From: a virus
Length of the DNA stretch: 64,000 nucleotides
Strand: one strand, 5' to 3'
Virus record (IMG/VR): IMGVR_UViG_3300042396_000723
Coordinates: 32,185 to 96,184 of that record
This document shows, piece after piece, positions 9,646-18,803 of this stretch. A program made the position numbers and the translations under genes. Every line of letters begins with the position of its first letter. The first letter of the stretch is position 1. The notes beneath the pieces were generated by a model. It was not told where the DNA came from. It saw only the letters and a list, made by a program, of their open reading frames with translations, and made no database searches.

Positions 9646-9975
9646 TTAGATAAACAAACTTAACTGACCCTCACTAGCAACCGCTTTACGTTTTGGATTG
9701 TTCCACGATTCCCCCCGACTGTTGACACGGTTTCGCCAGTGGGGATAGGTTCTGAACGGTTGTTTCAGTGCCACAAATTTAGGAATCAGTTTCAATTCCT
9801 CAAGCCAGATTTTGTAAGGACTGTATTCCCTGGCTCCGAATGGGTAGCGGTCGTTGCAATACTTCCGGGCATCCTTAGAGTTGATCTCTTCGCTCAGACA
9901 AGCGCATTGTGCTTCGTACTCGATCAAAGAGTCTGCAATCTTTGAGATTGAACAATCGCGCCAAGACATTTGCAT
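9646..9975 (-). CDS. hypothetical protein
   Basis: 109 aa ORF, co-oriented with neighbours. Confidence 0.3.
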   Translation of the reverse strand: MQMSWRDCSISKIADSLIEYEAQCACLSEEINSKDARKYCNDRYPFGAREYSPYKIWLEELKLIPKFVALKQPFRTYPHWRNRVNSRGESWNNPKRKAVASEGQLSLFI

Positions 9976-10106
9976 TTCAATTCCCTCCAGAATAATAATT
10001 CAACCAATACCAAAACGTTGTCAGTTGCCACTCGTGGGGTTTTTTACGACTGACAATATTGCGCCATAGTCTGAAGTTGGCTCGAAAGTCACGCAGGCCA
10101 GTCCAA

Positions 10107-10388
10107 TCAATCATGTTTCCTCCTGTGTTTTTTGGGGTTTAGCGATCGCAAATAATCTGCAATCGCTCGGCAATGGTTTGGATCATTAACATCTTCATGA
10201 CACTGAATCCAATGTTTAATCAGTGTCAAATTGTAGCCATACCCCGCCCGATTCCCCCCAGGGCGTTTGTAATAATGAATATTTTCGATCCATTTTTTGT
10301 GAGAGTGTTTAACGGAATCGGGATTTTTTAATCCCAGGAGTTTGACCGCTTCATGTTTGGAGCCAAATTCGTAGGCTGTGGCAATCAT
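10107..10388 (-). CDS. hypothetical protein
   Basis: 93 aa ORF; its start overlaps the stop of the upstream gene (10385-10388). Confidence 0.3.
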   Translation of the reverse strand: MIATAYEFGSKHEAVKLLGLKNPDSVKHSHKKWIENIHYYKRPGGNRAGYGYNLTLIKHWIQCHEDVNDPNHCRAIADYLRSLNPKKHRRKHD

Positions 10389-10774
10389 AAACCTTGAATC
10401 CTTAACTGAATAGGAACCTCGTTAATCTCCAACAATCCTTTTTTAGAAAGTTTTGCCAATTCAACCTGAACATCTTGCACGTCGAATTTAATTTCTTTCT
10501 CCTTCCCCAATGGAGTTACGCCAGAACAGTCAAGTATTGTGATTAGATTTTCTGGTGTAACTTCTAAATCTTTATTGCAGCCATAAAGAAGACGAAGCAT
10601 ATAGAGAATGTAGACAGATTTGTTTATTCCCCCTGCTATTAAATCCGATTGCAAATTATAAACAGATTGGACTAATTTACCCTGTTTATTCATCACTGTC
10701 CCCATATTTTTCTCTGGGGCTTTTAATTGAATGACGTTATCAATTTCAGTGGTTTCAATTTGTTCAACTTGCAT
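10385..10774 (-). CDS. hypothetical protein
   Basis: 129 aa ORF in a tightly packed operon. Confidence 0.35.
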   Translation of the reverse strand: MQVEQIETTEIDNVIQLKAPEKNMGTVMNKQGKLVQSVYNLQSDLIAGGINKSVYILYMLRLLYGCNKDLEVTPENLITILDCSGVTPLGKEKEIKFDVQDVQVELAKLSKKGLLEINEVPIQLRIQGL

Positions 10775-10783
10775 AATCTTCTC

Positions 10784-11077
10784 CTATCTAGTAAAACTGA
10801 TTTGAGCATCCCAGAGGGTTTGAAGCCACTGGTTTTGCGTGGGCATTAAGTGTTGATTTTTTTCTCTTAACGGATGCGGGAACATCCTCCGAGCTAGTTT
10901 AGATGCTGCGATCGCATCTTTTTTAGAATGAAAATACCCAGGGAAACGTCGCCCTGATGCCAAGTGAGTAACCCCCCAGTAATCGTCGTCAATCCGATGT
11001 ACAGCGATCCACTTTCTGATAGTTGCCTTTACTTTCCATCGCCCATAAATAGTATGGGTTACAATCGTTTTTCTCAT
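10784..11077 (-). CDS. hypothetical protein
   Basis: 97 aa ORF; 4-nt overlap with the upstream ORF at 11074-11077. Confidence 0.3.
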   Translation of the reverse strand: MRKTIVTHTIYGRWKVKATIRKWIAVHRIDDDYWGVTHLASGRRFPGYFHSKKDAIAASKLARRMFPHPLREKNQHLMPTQNQWLQTLWDAQISFTR

Positions 11078-11265
11078 GACTCAACCCTTGTTCTTGTGAT
11101 AACTGAAACGGGAACCCCGTCCCAATCTTCCTGGATATAGTATCTGCCAGTGCCAGATTTATTCATTTCCTCGCACTTTTTCCGAGCTTGATTAAATCTC
11201 GGATAAGACGCGATAATAACGCCTTTTCCTAGTTCCCAAATCGCGTAGCCTTTCTGTTTGCTCAT
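11074..11265 (-). CDS. hypothetical small protein
   Basis: 63 aa ORF. Confidence 0.3.
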   Translation of the reverse strand: MSKQKGYAIWELGKGVIIASYPRFNQARKKCEEMNKSGTGRYYIQEDWDGVPVSVITRTRVES

Positions 11266-11357
11266 CTTTCTGTCTTAATGTTAATTTGGCATATTCAATA
11301 GCAAAAAATATGCCCCCTTTATACTGTTTTTCCCTGTATGGATTGGGGGCTTAAACT

Positions 11358-11513
11358 TTAAGCTCGTTTTAATCTCGAACCATATTGAACGTGATGGTAT
11401 AGAGTCTCAACAGTTTTGAACCGATGCCCACAGTCTGGACATTTCCGCTCTCGGTACTCTTTCCTCGTGCCGACTACACAAGTCTTTTCAGCGTTGCATT
11501 TAGGACATTTCAT
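11358..11513 (-). CDS. small zinc-ribbon protein (not in ORF track)
   Basis: My own translation gives 51 aa MKCPKCNAEKTCVVGTRKEYRERKCPDCGHRFKTVETLYHHVQYGSRLKRA with paired CxxC motifs; GGAGGAGG precedes the ATG; its ATG overlaps the stop of a 32-codon upstream ORF (TAATG). Confidence 0.35.
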   Translation of the reverse strand: MKCPKCNAEKTCVVGTRKEYRERKCPDCGHRFKTVETLYHHVQYGSRLKRA

Positions 11514-11714
11514 TACAACACCTCCTCCTTCTTGTTGTAAAAGTCTTTTAGTTCGCTAATGGCTTTAATGAGAAGATCAATTTCTGGAGAATAACGCTTC
11601 GTACTTGACATCTGGTTTCTGGTTAATGGGTTAAAAAAGGGGTGTAGCTAGAGGGCTTTCCACCCCAGGAGATTCTTACTTACACAAACGTTTAAATGAT
11701 TAAACGATTTTTGT

Positions 11715-11870
11715 CTAAACATCACCTCCTTCATCTTCGGCTTCAATATCAATTGAAGCATCCGCTTTTTCTAGCAGCCATTCGATAAATTCTTGGTAGA
11801 TTTCTTCTTTGGTCAAAGAAGGATAATCTATTTCTTCTGTGTCACCACAAGCTCTAAATATTGCTTTCAT
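11715..11870 (-). CDS. small acidic protein (not in ORF track)
   Basis: My own translation gives 51 aa MKAIFRACGDTEEIDYPSLTKEEIYQEFIEWLLEKADASIDIEAEDEGGDV; its ATG overlaps the stop of ORF 11867-12163 (ATGA). Confidence 0.25.
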   Translation of the reverse strand: MKAIFRACGDTEEIDYPSLTKEEIYQEFIEWLLEKADASIDIEAEDEGGDV

Positions 11871-12163
11871 GATTCTCCTTTCTGCTTGATATAATCCCCA
11901 AGCGATAAAACATAAACTTCTGTCCCTTGTTCAATTGTTCCTTCGCTCCATTCAGGCTTGGGGATTCCCTTAGAGATTCCTAACAAAGTAACTGTTACCG
12001 AGGGGACGCTGTTGCCGTATCCGTTGGTAAAGCGGATATGGGTTAGTGGCTTATGAAATCGGGATTGATAGTAAGGTTTAATCTCCCGATATTCCTCTAG
12101 CTTCACGCCGGAGGCTATCATGTCAAACCACTTTTTCTTGATGGCTAGAGTTAAGGTTTTCAT
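11867..12163 (-). CDS. possible ASCH/PUA-like domain protein
   Basis: 98 aa; N-terminus LTLAIKKKWFDMIASGVKLEEYRE resembles ASCH-domain openings. Weak, motif-level. Confidence 0.3.
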   Translation of the reverse strand: MKTLTLAIKKKWFDMIASGVKLEEYREIKPYYQSRFHKPLTHIRFTNGYGNSVPSVTVTLLGISKGIPKPEWSEGTIEQGTEVYVLSLGDYIKQKGES

Positions 12164-12195
12164 AACCCTTTTCCTGCTCTCATAAGTTCATTGAT

Positions 12196-12405
12196 CTAGC
12201 GAGTGCGATCGCGCCCCGCTTGTTGACCATCTTCATAACACCCTTGATCAAGGTGTGCTATTACTTCATCCCCTTTCAGGAGCCACCATTTCCGGTGATA
12301 AGGGACAGAACCCGTAGCGGTTCCCCAGAGTTCAACGCCTTCGGGCATCGCGTAATAATCTTTGTCGTAATTTGAAGCCACCCGTCTAATTTCTGATGCG
12401 TTCAT
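12196..12405 (-). CDS. hypothetical small protein
   Basis: 69 aa ORF. Confidence 0.3.
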   Translation of the reverse strand: MNASEIRRVASNYDKDYYAMPEGVELWGTATGSVPYHRKWWLLKGDEVIAHLDQGCYEDGQQAGRDRTR

Positions 12406-12484
12406 AATTCTCTTATTTATGCTGGGTTTTGAATTGGGGGAATTTCACCCCCGGAGTTAATCAGTCAAGAACCAAGGCAATTAT

Positions 12485-13168
12485 TTAGAAATCGAAATTA
12501 CTTCCAGTGAGAACTTTTACTTCAACAGGTGGCAGCGCCGAGGGGAGTGTGGGAGTTTTGTTCCCAACTAAATAACTCAATTCATCTTGAGCAAGACCAT
12601 CAATGCACTGCATCATCCGAGTCCCTTCCATGTCGGTCATTCGAGACAGATTAGCCGGATCAGCTAAAACCGCCGACGCTTGATCTAACATCGCCCAGTC
12701 GGTGCGCTCCTGCCAAGACCACTTAAGGCTGTAATAATTAACAGGCTTGATAACGTTGTTGGCATCGGGTTTGGAGCTTGACTGTTTGACAAATTCGGGT
12801 ACAAAAATGCCTGTCGCGGGTTCCACACCTCGCGCTTGAACTTCTGTGACGAGGCGGTTAAAATCCCCTAAAGATTGGGTTTTTAAGTACGTCACCATCA
12901 CCACACCTTTAGGCAGTTCCCCCGATTCAGCGACGAACCAAATCTGTCCCCAGGTTGCGCCTTGAGTTTGTCCGAGGTCGCCCCAGAATTTGGAGAATTT
13001 CAGGATTGTCATGGAACATTTAGAGCCATAATCGGTGTCGCCAATTGTCCATTGTCCGGCTTGGCAATTGTTACGAACGGCAATAGGGAAATTGGGAACT
13101 AAGATTGCATCTTTCGGCTTAGCTCCGAAGACGGAAATAGTGGATTTTTCGGCTGCTGTTTTTGTCAT
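12485..13168 (-). CDS. hypothetical protein
   Basis: 227 aa ORF with protein-like composition; no recognisable motif. Confidence 0.4.
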   Translation of the reverse strand: MTKTAAEKSTISVFGAKPKDAILVPNFPIAVRNNCQAGQWTIGDTDYGSKCSMTILKFSKFWGDLGQTQGATWGQIWFVAESGELPKGVVMVTYLKTQSLGDFNRLVTEVQARGVEPATGIFVPEFVKQSSSKPDANNVIKPVNYYSLKWSWQERTDWAMLDQASAVLADPANLSRMTDMEGTRMMQCIDGLAQDELSYLVGNKTPTLPSALPPVEVKVLTGSNFDF

Positions 13169-13261
13169 TTTGTTTTAGCTTGGTTTCTGTTAGTTTAATT
13201 AGGCTTAATCGCACCGCCCCAACGCCTCACAATCGCACTATGAAGCGTAAGGGAAAAACGA

Positions 13262-13498
13262 TTACTGATTACGCTCTTTGTACATATCAAAAGGATAAAA
13301 GTCGTCATCCGGCATTTCGGGAAAGAAGCCGTCGCTACCATCGGCAAATAGAATAATTCCCCCTGAGTTGTTGGGGTTCTTGATAAAAATGTCCCCTTCT
13401 GGATTTGAGAAATAATCCAGACTTAAACTAGATCCACGATCAGATCCGATCTCATAGGCTCTATCTAAATTTTTTCTGTCCATGTTAGTTTTCTCCAA
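13262..13498 (-). CDS. hypothetical small acidic protein
   Basis: 78 aa ORF; overlaps the next ORF start. Confidence 0.3.
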   Translation of the reverse strand: MEKTNMDRKNLDRAYEIGSDRGSSLSLDYFSNPEGDIFIKNPNNSGGIILFADGSDGFFPEMPDDDFYPFDMYKERNQ

Positions 13499-13682
13499 GA
13501 ATTGAATTAATTAATTCGTTAAACTCATTCATTGTTCCCTGTGGAATCTGCTTAATAATTGCAGGGATCAAAACATCGTCAATCTCAATACATCGGTCGT
13601 TATAGGTTTCGTTGAACTCGACAATGAAGTCGCGTTCTTCTATTAATTCGACGAATCTTTCAGCCAACTGCTTAACATCCAT
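13485..13682 (-). CDS. hypothetical small protein
   Basis: 65 aa ORF. Confidence 0.3.
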   Translation of the reverse strand: MDVKQLAERFVELIEERDFIVEFNETYNDRCIEIDDVLIPAIIKQIPQGTMNEFNELINSILGEN

Positions 13683-13912
13683 TACGCCACCTCCTCGTGG
13701 GATTTGTAATATTTCACCGATCCGTTGTCGTAACGATATTCGATCCGATAGACTCGGTTAAATTTATCAGTTTCTTCTTTATTCGGAAATCCTATGATTC
13801 CTTCACATCTGAAGGTGGGATTTTCCCCATTCTCTCCCACCCATTCTTTAAATTCTTGGTAGGTGTCGAAGTTGATGGGTTCGATTCCCAGCGTGATGTA
13901 GTTACTGTTCAT
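13682..13912 (-). CDS. hypothetical small protein
   Basis: 76 aa ORF; 1-nt overlap with the downstream gene. Confidence 0.3.
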   Translation of the reverse strand: MNSNYITLGIEPINFDTYQEFKEWVGENGENPTFRCEGIIGFPNKEETDKFNRVYRIEYRYDNGSVKYYKSHEEVA

Positions 13913-13987
13913 TTTTTTTGCCTTAAATAATTAATGCTTTGTTGAACCTTTTAGGGACTTGTTCAGGTCTCGGTTGTTCTATGGGTA

Positions 13988-14512
13988 TTAATAGCGGTTT
14001 TCCTCCTCAGTCCAACTTTGTTCAACTAAGCAATCAACAGCTAACTGAAACGAACTATGGCGGGACGTACTATACTGAAAACCTTTCCCATGCACCAGCA
14101 TCTCACCGACCGCATAAAACCAGGATTTGTACTGGACTACGAAACCCAACTTACAACCCGTCTCATAAATAACCGTCCCCTGTTGTTTGGCTAAGGAAAC
14201 AATCATTTCTTGAGTTGGTTGATTCGCGTCGATTAATTCCCGTTTTTGGGAACAGATTAGCTCCCAATAGAATGAGAACTGATCCGCACCAATTAGAATT
14301 GCGCCACCATCAGCTAACACAAATTTCAAGATGTCGTGATTGGTAAAGATACCTGTTATCTGTTCGGGCGTGGGATTGATTTGTCCGAATGTGTCCCAAG
14401 CAATGACTTGGGCAGCGATGGTCTTGTCTAGTGCTAACGCCATGATTTCCCCTGAAATCAGAGGGGCGGGCGCTGTCTGAACTTGACTTGTTTGGACGGT
14501 TGTTGCTATCAT
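13988..14512 (-). CDS. hypothetical protein
   Basis: 174 aa ORF downstream of the regulator gene; a palindrome and -10-like element lie upstream at 14590-14620. Confidence 0.35.
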   Translation of the reverse strand: MIATTVQTSQVQTAPAPLISGEIMALALDKTIAAQVIAWDTFGQINPTPEQITGIFTNHDILKFVLADGGAILIGADQFSFYWELICSQKRELIDANQPTQEMIVSLAKQQGTVIYETGCKLGFVVQYKSWFYAVGEMLVHGKGFQYSTSRHSSFQLAVDCLVEQSWTEEENRY

Positions 14513-14731
14513 GGTTTAGTTGGGTTTTGACCCGTAAGGCGGTTGGCACTGATGTTGTAGTCGGGTGCTGACCGCTTTTGGCTTTGTATCTACAATCTTA
14601 TAGTAATCTGATTACTATGTCAAGGGGTTTCGGAAAAATTCTTGTTACTACACAAAAAGAAGTTTAGGTATTGGCGGCAAGGCTTGTACAGAAAGGCATT
14701 TAGCTTATGCGGTTGCAATCGACAATCACTC

Positions 14732-15004
14732 TCATCGCTTCTGACTAAAGGACTTGATTGTCACGGTAGGGAACAGGTCTCGGATATCAGCACCGAGGGT
14801 CTTTAAAACAAAATCCAATCTTTCACGACTAACAGATGCAACTTTTCCCTGTTCCCATTTGAGGATTGTGTCAAAGGAAACCGTTGGCTCCGTAAGGGTT
14901 GCAAGTTTTTTTTGCGATATGTTTTTGGCATTTCTTACATCTTGCAATCTAGTCCCAACGTCCTTATCCCAAGCAATTTGGACAATACAGTTATATGGAA
15001 TCAT
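14732..15004 (-). CDS. XRE-family helix-turn-helix transcriptional regulator (CI/Cro-like)
   Basis: HTH segment ISQKKLATLTEPTVSFDTILKWEQGKVASVS; the internal ATG (complement of 15002-15004) is preceded by AGGAG; first gene of the leftward operon, facing the divergent replication operon. The track ORF extends to 15217. Confidence 0.6.
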   Translation of the reverse strand: MIPYNCIVQIAWDKDVGTRLQDVRNAKNISQKKLATLTEPTVSFDTILKWEQGKVASVSRERLDFVLKTLGADIRDLFPTVTIKSFSQKR

Positions 15005-15446
15005 AATCTCCTCTTCTTGATCTTTCGGTATAGTATTGACATTACTACCTTTTTGTTCTAACATAGCAATATTGTAGGAATCTGGCAAGACCAAATCACC
15101 AGATTCCTGCACCCCCTGAAACAACAAGCCTTGGATCGGCTTTGTAAATCGTAAGGGGAAAAACCCGAAAAGGAAAATGCCTATGGGATGAAACTGAACG
15201 GGCAGATTGTAGAACACCTAAATACCAGAGGGAAGATTCAAGCATTCCCTTTGGTTTCCTAAATAATGAAATGAAAAAAATAGCGATAGCGATTGCGATT
15301 GCGATTTTTGCAGTCATAAATTGTTTATTAATTTTCTGTGATGATTCGCAGAAAATCGGGGAAAATTCCCCGTCGGAAGAGCAACCCAAACGGGGAGATG
15401 GTCGAAGAAGCTGATCATCATTTTCCCTAAAAATTTTGAGGAAAAT
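15005..15446. promoter_or_regulatory. divergent control region between regulator gene and replication operon
   Basis: About 440 bp without a convincing ORF; contains TTGACA at 15044-15049, hexamer repeats GCGATAGCGATTGCGATTGCGATT at 15283-15306 and palindrome CGGGGAAAATTCCCCG at 15357-15372. Confidence 0.4.
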
Positions 15447-15725
15447 ATGAAGATTTCAATTTCAGAAGAATTGGATGACATTGGAATGTCCGCCGAAGCA
15501 TTCCGAGTCTATTTTGCGATCGTTTGCCATATTGCAAATCACGAGACGTTTCCAACGGTTGATCAAATCACGTCAAAATGTTTTTCCAGACGACGCGCGT
15601 CTGGAAAAACGCAGACAAGGCTTGCGTTGCGCGAGCTAATTAAGCTCGGTTTAATTAGCGGTGATATCGAAACGGAAAACTATACCTTAGTTCATCCCAG
15701 TAAGTGGGAAGTGGGGGCTGTATGA
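15447..15725 (+). CDS. winged-helix DNA-binding protein, first gene of replication operon
   Basis: 92 aa; FRVYFAIVCHIANHETFPTVDQITSKC...RLALRELIKLGLI resembles a winged helix; its stop overlaps the next ATG (ATGA at 15722-15725). Confidence 0.45.
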   Translation: MKISISEELDDIGMSAEAFRVYFAIVCHIANHETFPTVDQITSKCFSRRRASGKTQTRLALRELIKLGLISGDIETENYTLVHPSKWEVGAV

Positions 15726-16897
15726 AACCATCTATTCTAGCCGCCTTTGCAGAAGCCGTCCCCTATATCCCCGGACTCAGACAGCAAACAGGGAGCGTAG
15801 TAGCCACGATTCTTATGATGCAACTTGAGTATCGTTTCGCAAAGTATCCAGACGGGTTTTATAAGTTTTTAGAACCCCCTCAAAACGGACATCAGGACTA
15901 CAGGCTTGGGGATAGTTGGGTTGAGGAACTCGCTTTTTCTAAAGAAGAATTTAGGACTGGGTTTGACAAGATTGGAGTCCGTTACAACTCCAAAACCCAG
16001 TATGACGAAGCAAAATCTAGCGGATCGGAATTTGGTTGTAATTACTACTGTTCTTACGTTGACCGGAGGTCGGGGTTAACTTTCTACTTTCGGAATCACA
16101 GCAAGGTAGATGAGCTAATTTCCGATATCGAACCCAGGCAAAAATCAGTGGGTTTTCGCCCACGGAAAACTAGACCCCAAATGGTAGATCCCAATCTACA
16201 GGAAATCGGGAATCCCAATTTACTGAATATGGTAAATCCCAATTTACCATCATCGGGAATCCCAATTTACCAGAGTGGTGAATCCCAATTTCCTATTCCT
16301 TATATAGATATTTCAGAAAAGACTTCAGAAAAGACTCCAGAAAATACCCCCCTTACCCCCCAAGGGGAATCGGAGGAGGGGGGGATTCAGAACGAAGCCG
16401 TTTTGATTTCAAACGAAGACCAGGGGAAAGAGCTTACCGAGGACTCTGCTACACAGCAAAGTCAAAAAGAGAATCACCGACCTGAACAAAATCTTAATCC
16501 GGTGATCAGACATTCCGCCGCCGTCGAGTCCGATCCTCGATTTCTACCAACGGACGCAACAGCAGACAATATGAAAACTTGGAACGCAATTGTGGCGACC
16601 GGAGCCATGAGAGGTGAGCGATCGCCCGACCCTGAGTTTTTGGAATATTACAGGGGGCTATTAAGCAAATGCACTCATTACAGGGGCAAAGACTGTAATT
16701 CAAACCATGCCAAATCTTCCCTTGCTCAGAAATGGAAATCCGAGCCACTAAAAATCCTTGCCGATGCCGAGTCGTGGTTGAAATCAAAAGCCAAGTTTAG
16801 CGGTGGCAAATCAACCCAGACCCGCAATATCAGCGAACTTTCTAGGGATGAACGCCTCGCCATCCTGAGAGCCAAACGCGAACAAAAAGGAGCCTAA
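15722..16897 (+). CDS. putative replication initiation protein with origin repeats embedded in a low-complexity linker
   Basis: Sits directly upstream of the DnaB helicase; the central linker (PNLQEIGNPNLLNMVNPNL...) is encoded by iteron-like direct repeats, the arrangement known for lambda O and its ori. Confidence 0.45.
   Translation: MKPSILAAFAEAVPYIPGLRQQTGSVVATILMMQLEYRFAKYPDGFYKFLEPPQNGHQDYRLGDSWVEELAFSKEEFRTGFDKIGVRYNSKTQYDEAKSSGSEFGCNYYCSYVDRRSGLTFYFRNHSKVDELISDIEPRQKSVGFRPRKTRPQMVDPNLQEIGNPNLLNMVNPNLPSSGIPIYQSGESQFPIPYIDISEKTSEKTPENTPLTPQGESEEGGIQNEAVLISNEDQGKELTEDSATQQSQKENHRPEQNLNPVIRHSAAVESDPRFLPTDATADNMKTWNAIVATGAMRGERSPDPEFLEYYRGLLSKCTHYRGKDCNSNHAKSSLAQKWKSEPLKILADAESWLKSKAKFSGGKSTQTRNISELSRDERLAILRAKREQKGA
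16188..16347. repeat. iteron array plus AT-rich tract and 12-bp tandem repeats (candidate origin of replication)
   Basis: Five direct repeats of (G)AATCCCAATTTAC starting at 16188, 16211, 16235, 16258 and 16281 (23-24 bp spacing), then TTATATAGATA and three copies of TTCAGAAAAGAC-like 12-mers at 16312-16347. Confidence 0.55.
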
Positions 16898-16899
16898 CC

Positions 16900-17487
16900 A
16901 TGACCGAGCTTAACGATGAAATCTTTGATCAGGGAATTGAAAACCTGAAAGAAAATTTTTCCGACGCGATTTTCACCGAACTCAAATATGAAATTTGGTT
17001 CGACAAACTCTCTCAGGAGTTATCAGCTGAAGAATTTGAGACTGCAATCCGTGAGGCAATTTTCAACCTTAGCAAGTGTCCCACGGGAAAAGAGCTTGTA
17101 AGCCTCGTTAAAGAATCCGAACGTGAGTTAGTAAGTAACTGTTGGTCAAGATGCCTAGAATCGCTTGCTAAACGCCTCCCGTTGAATAATTTAGACGATG
17201 CGAGTCAATATGCAATCGTTCAACTCGGAGGGATGTCTCACCTTGGGTCGATTGAAAGTACCCAACTCAACTACCTGAGCAACGATTTCAAGACTCATTG
17301 GCAAGCCTACCGAAAAGCCCCGCGAGAATTTGAGCGTCCCACGCAGGTCATCCCCCGTGAGCAAATCGAGTTCAAGCCCAATGGACTCAAGCCACAGATT
17401 TCAGAGGAACAGAAGTTAAAAAATCAGGAATTTCTAAATAACCTGATCGCCACAAAAATGAATAAAAACTTAAATGGAGCGAAATAA
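16900..17487 (+). CDS. hypothetical protein (position suggests replication-associated, e.g. helicase loader)
   Basis: 195 aa ORF between the initiator-like gene and dnaB; its stop overlaps the dnaB start; no motif recognised. Confidence 0.35.
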   Translation: MTELNDEIFDQGIENLKENFSDAIFTELKYEIWFDKLSQELSAEEFETAIREAIFNLSKCPTGKELVSLVKESERELVSNCWSRCLESLAKRLPLNNLDDASQYAIVQLGGMSHLGSIESTQLNYLSNDFKTHWQAYRKAPREFERPTQVIPREQIEFKPNGLKPQISEEQKLKNQEFLNNLIATKMNKNLNGAK

Positions 17488-18803
17488 TGGAAACAATAAT
17501 CATGCAAAACGTTGAGGCAGAACAAGCCGTTTTGGGAGCGATTCTCTTAGACCCCGAAGCTATGGGGCGAGTTGCGGAAACGCTAACTGCTAAATCTTTT
17601 TCCCTGCGATCGCATCAAACAATCTACAAAGCAGCTTTAGCATTACATTCCGAGGGAATAACCACGGATTTAATGACCGTCACTACCTGGTTATCCGATC
17701 AGAAATTACTTGAAAAAGCCGGGGGACAATTAGGATTAACCCAATTATTAGACCGCACAGTTTCAGCAGTTAACATTGATCAATACGGGCTGTTAATTGC
17801 CGATAAGCAAACTCGAAGAAACCTAATTGAATCTGCCCATAAAATTATTGAATTGGCAGAAGATACCAGTCAACCTTTAGAGACAATTCTCCAAAAGTCA
17901 GAGGAACAAATTGCTAATATTTCCCAATCAAAATCACAACAGGATTTAGTTTCGATTGGTGAAACTTTAATTGATACCTTTCAAGAAATTGAAGACCGGA
18001 GCGAAAGCAAGATTCCCCCCGGTGTCCCCTCTGGATTTTATGACCTCGATGCTATGACTGGAGGATTCCAACACACCGACTTAATTATTGTGGCAGGAAG
18101 ACCTGCAATGGGCAAATCGAGTTTGGCTTTAAATTTTGGATATAACATTGCCAAAAAAGGGCTACCCGTCGCGGTCTTCAGTTTAGAAATGTCTAAAGGT
18201 CAATTAGTCCAAAGACTATTATCGAGCGAAACCAAAATTGAAAGTACCCGCATTCGTTCAGGAAACATTCAGCAAGAGGAATGGGAACCTTTGACAACCG
18301 CAATTAGTTCCTTAGCAGAATTACCGATTTATATTGACGACACCTCGAATATTACCATCACCGAAATGCGTTCTGAAGCTCGAAGATTGCAAGCCGATAA
18401 CGATGGAAAGTTAGGCTTAATTCTAATAGATTATCTGCAATTAATGGACGGAGGAAGTGATAATCGGGTGCAAGAATTGTCAAGAATTACACGGGGATTA
18501 AAGGGAATGGCAAAAGATTTAAACGTTCCTGTAGTTGTCCTGTCTCAGTTGAGTCGTAGCGTCGAACAGCGCACCAATAAACGCCCAATGCTTTCAGACT
18601 TGAGAGAATCGGGCTCAATTGAACAAGACGCGGACTTAGTAATGATGATCTATCGAGATGATTATTATAATCCCAACACTTCGGACGCGGGAATAGCTGA
18701 ATTAATTTTAGCTAAACATCGCAACGGCCCCACCGGAACAGTAAAGCTATTGTTCGATTCTCAATTTACCCAATTTAAAAATTTAGTACGGGGGATGAAC
18801 TAA
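17487..18803 (+). CDS. dnaB: replicative DNA helicase DnaB
   Basis: 438 aa; Walker A GRPAMGKSSLALN, Walker B LILIDYLQLM, and SQLSRSVEQR...SDLRESGSIEQDADLVMMIYRDDYY typical of DnaB-family hexameric helicases. Confidence 0.9.
   Translation: METIIMQNVEAEQAVLGAILLDPEAMGRVAETLTAKSFSLRSHQTIYKAALALHSEGITTDLMTVTTWLSDQKLLEKAGGQLGLTQLLDRTVSAVNIDQYGLLIADKQTRRNLIESAHKIIELAEDTSQPLETILQKSEEQIANISQSKSQQDLVSIGETLIDTFQEIEDRSESKIPPGVPSGFYDLDAMTGGFQHTDLIIVAGRPAMGKSSLALNFGYNIAKKGLPVAVFSLEMSKGQLVQRLLSSETKIESTRIRSGNIQQEEWEPLTTAISSLAELPIYIDDTSNITITEMRSEARRLQADNDGKLGLILIDYLQLMDGGSDNRVQELSRITRGLKGMAKDLNVPVVVLSQLSRSVEQRTNKRPMLSDLRESGSIEQDADLVMMIYRDDYYNPNTSDAGIAELILAKHRNGPTGTVKLLFDSQFTQFKNLVRGMN

Noticed and set aside
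15096-15389. Minus-strand 97-aa ORF containing IAIAIAIA
   Set aside because: The peptide is a translation of the GCGATT hexamer repeats in the divergent control region; it has no coherent start context and overlaps the regulator gene's extended ORF. More likely non-coding.
16188-16347. A CRISPR array
   Set aside because: The repeats are 13 bp with ~10-bp intervening sequence, far shorter than CRISPR repeat/spacer units; they lie inside a coding sequence and no cas genes are present.
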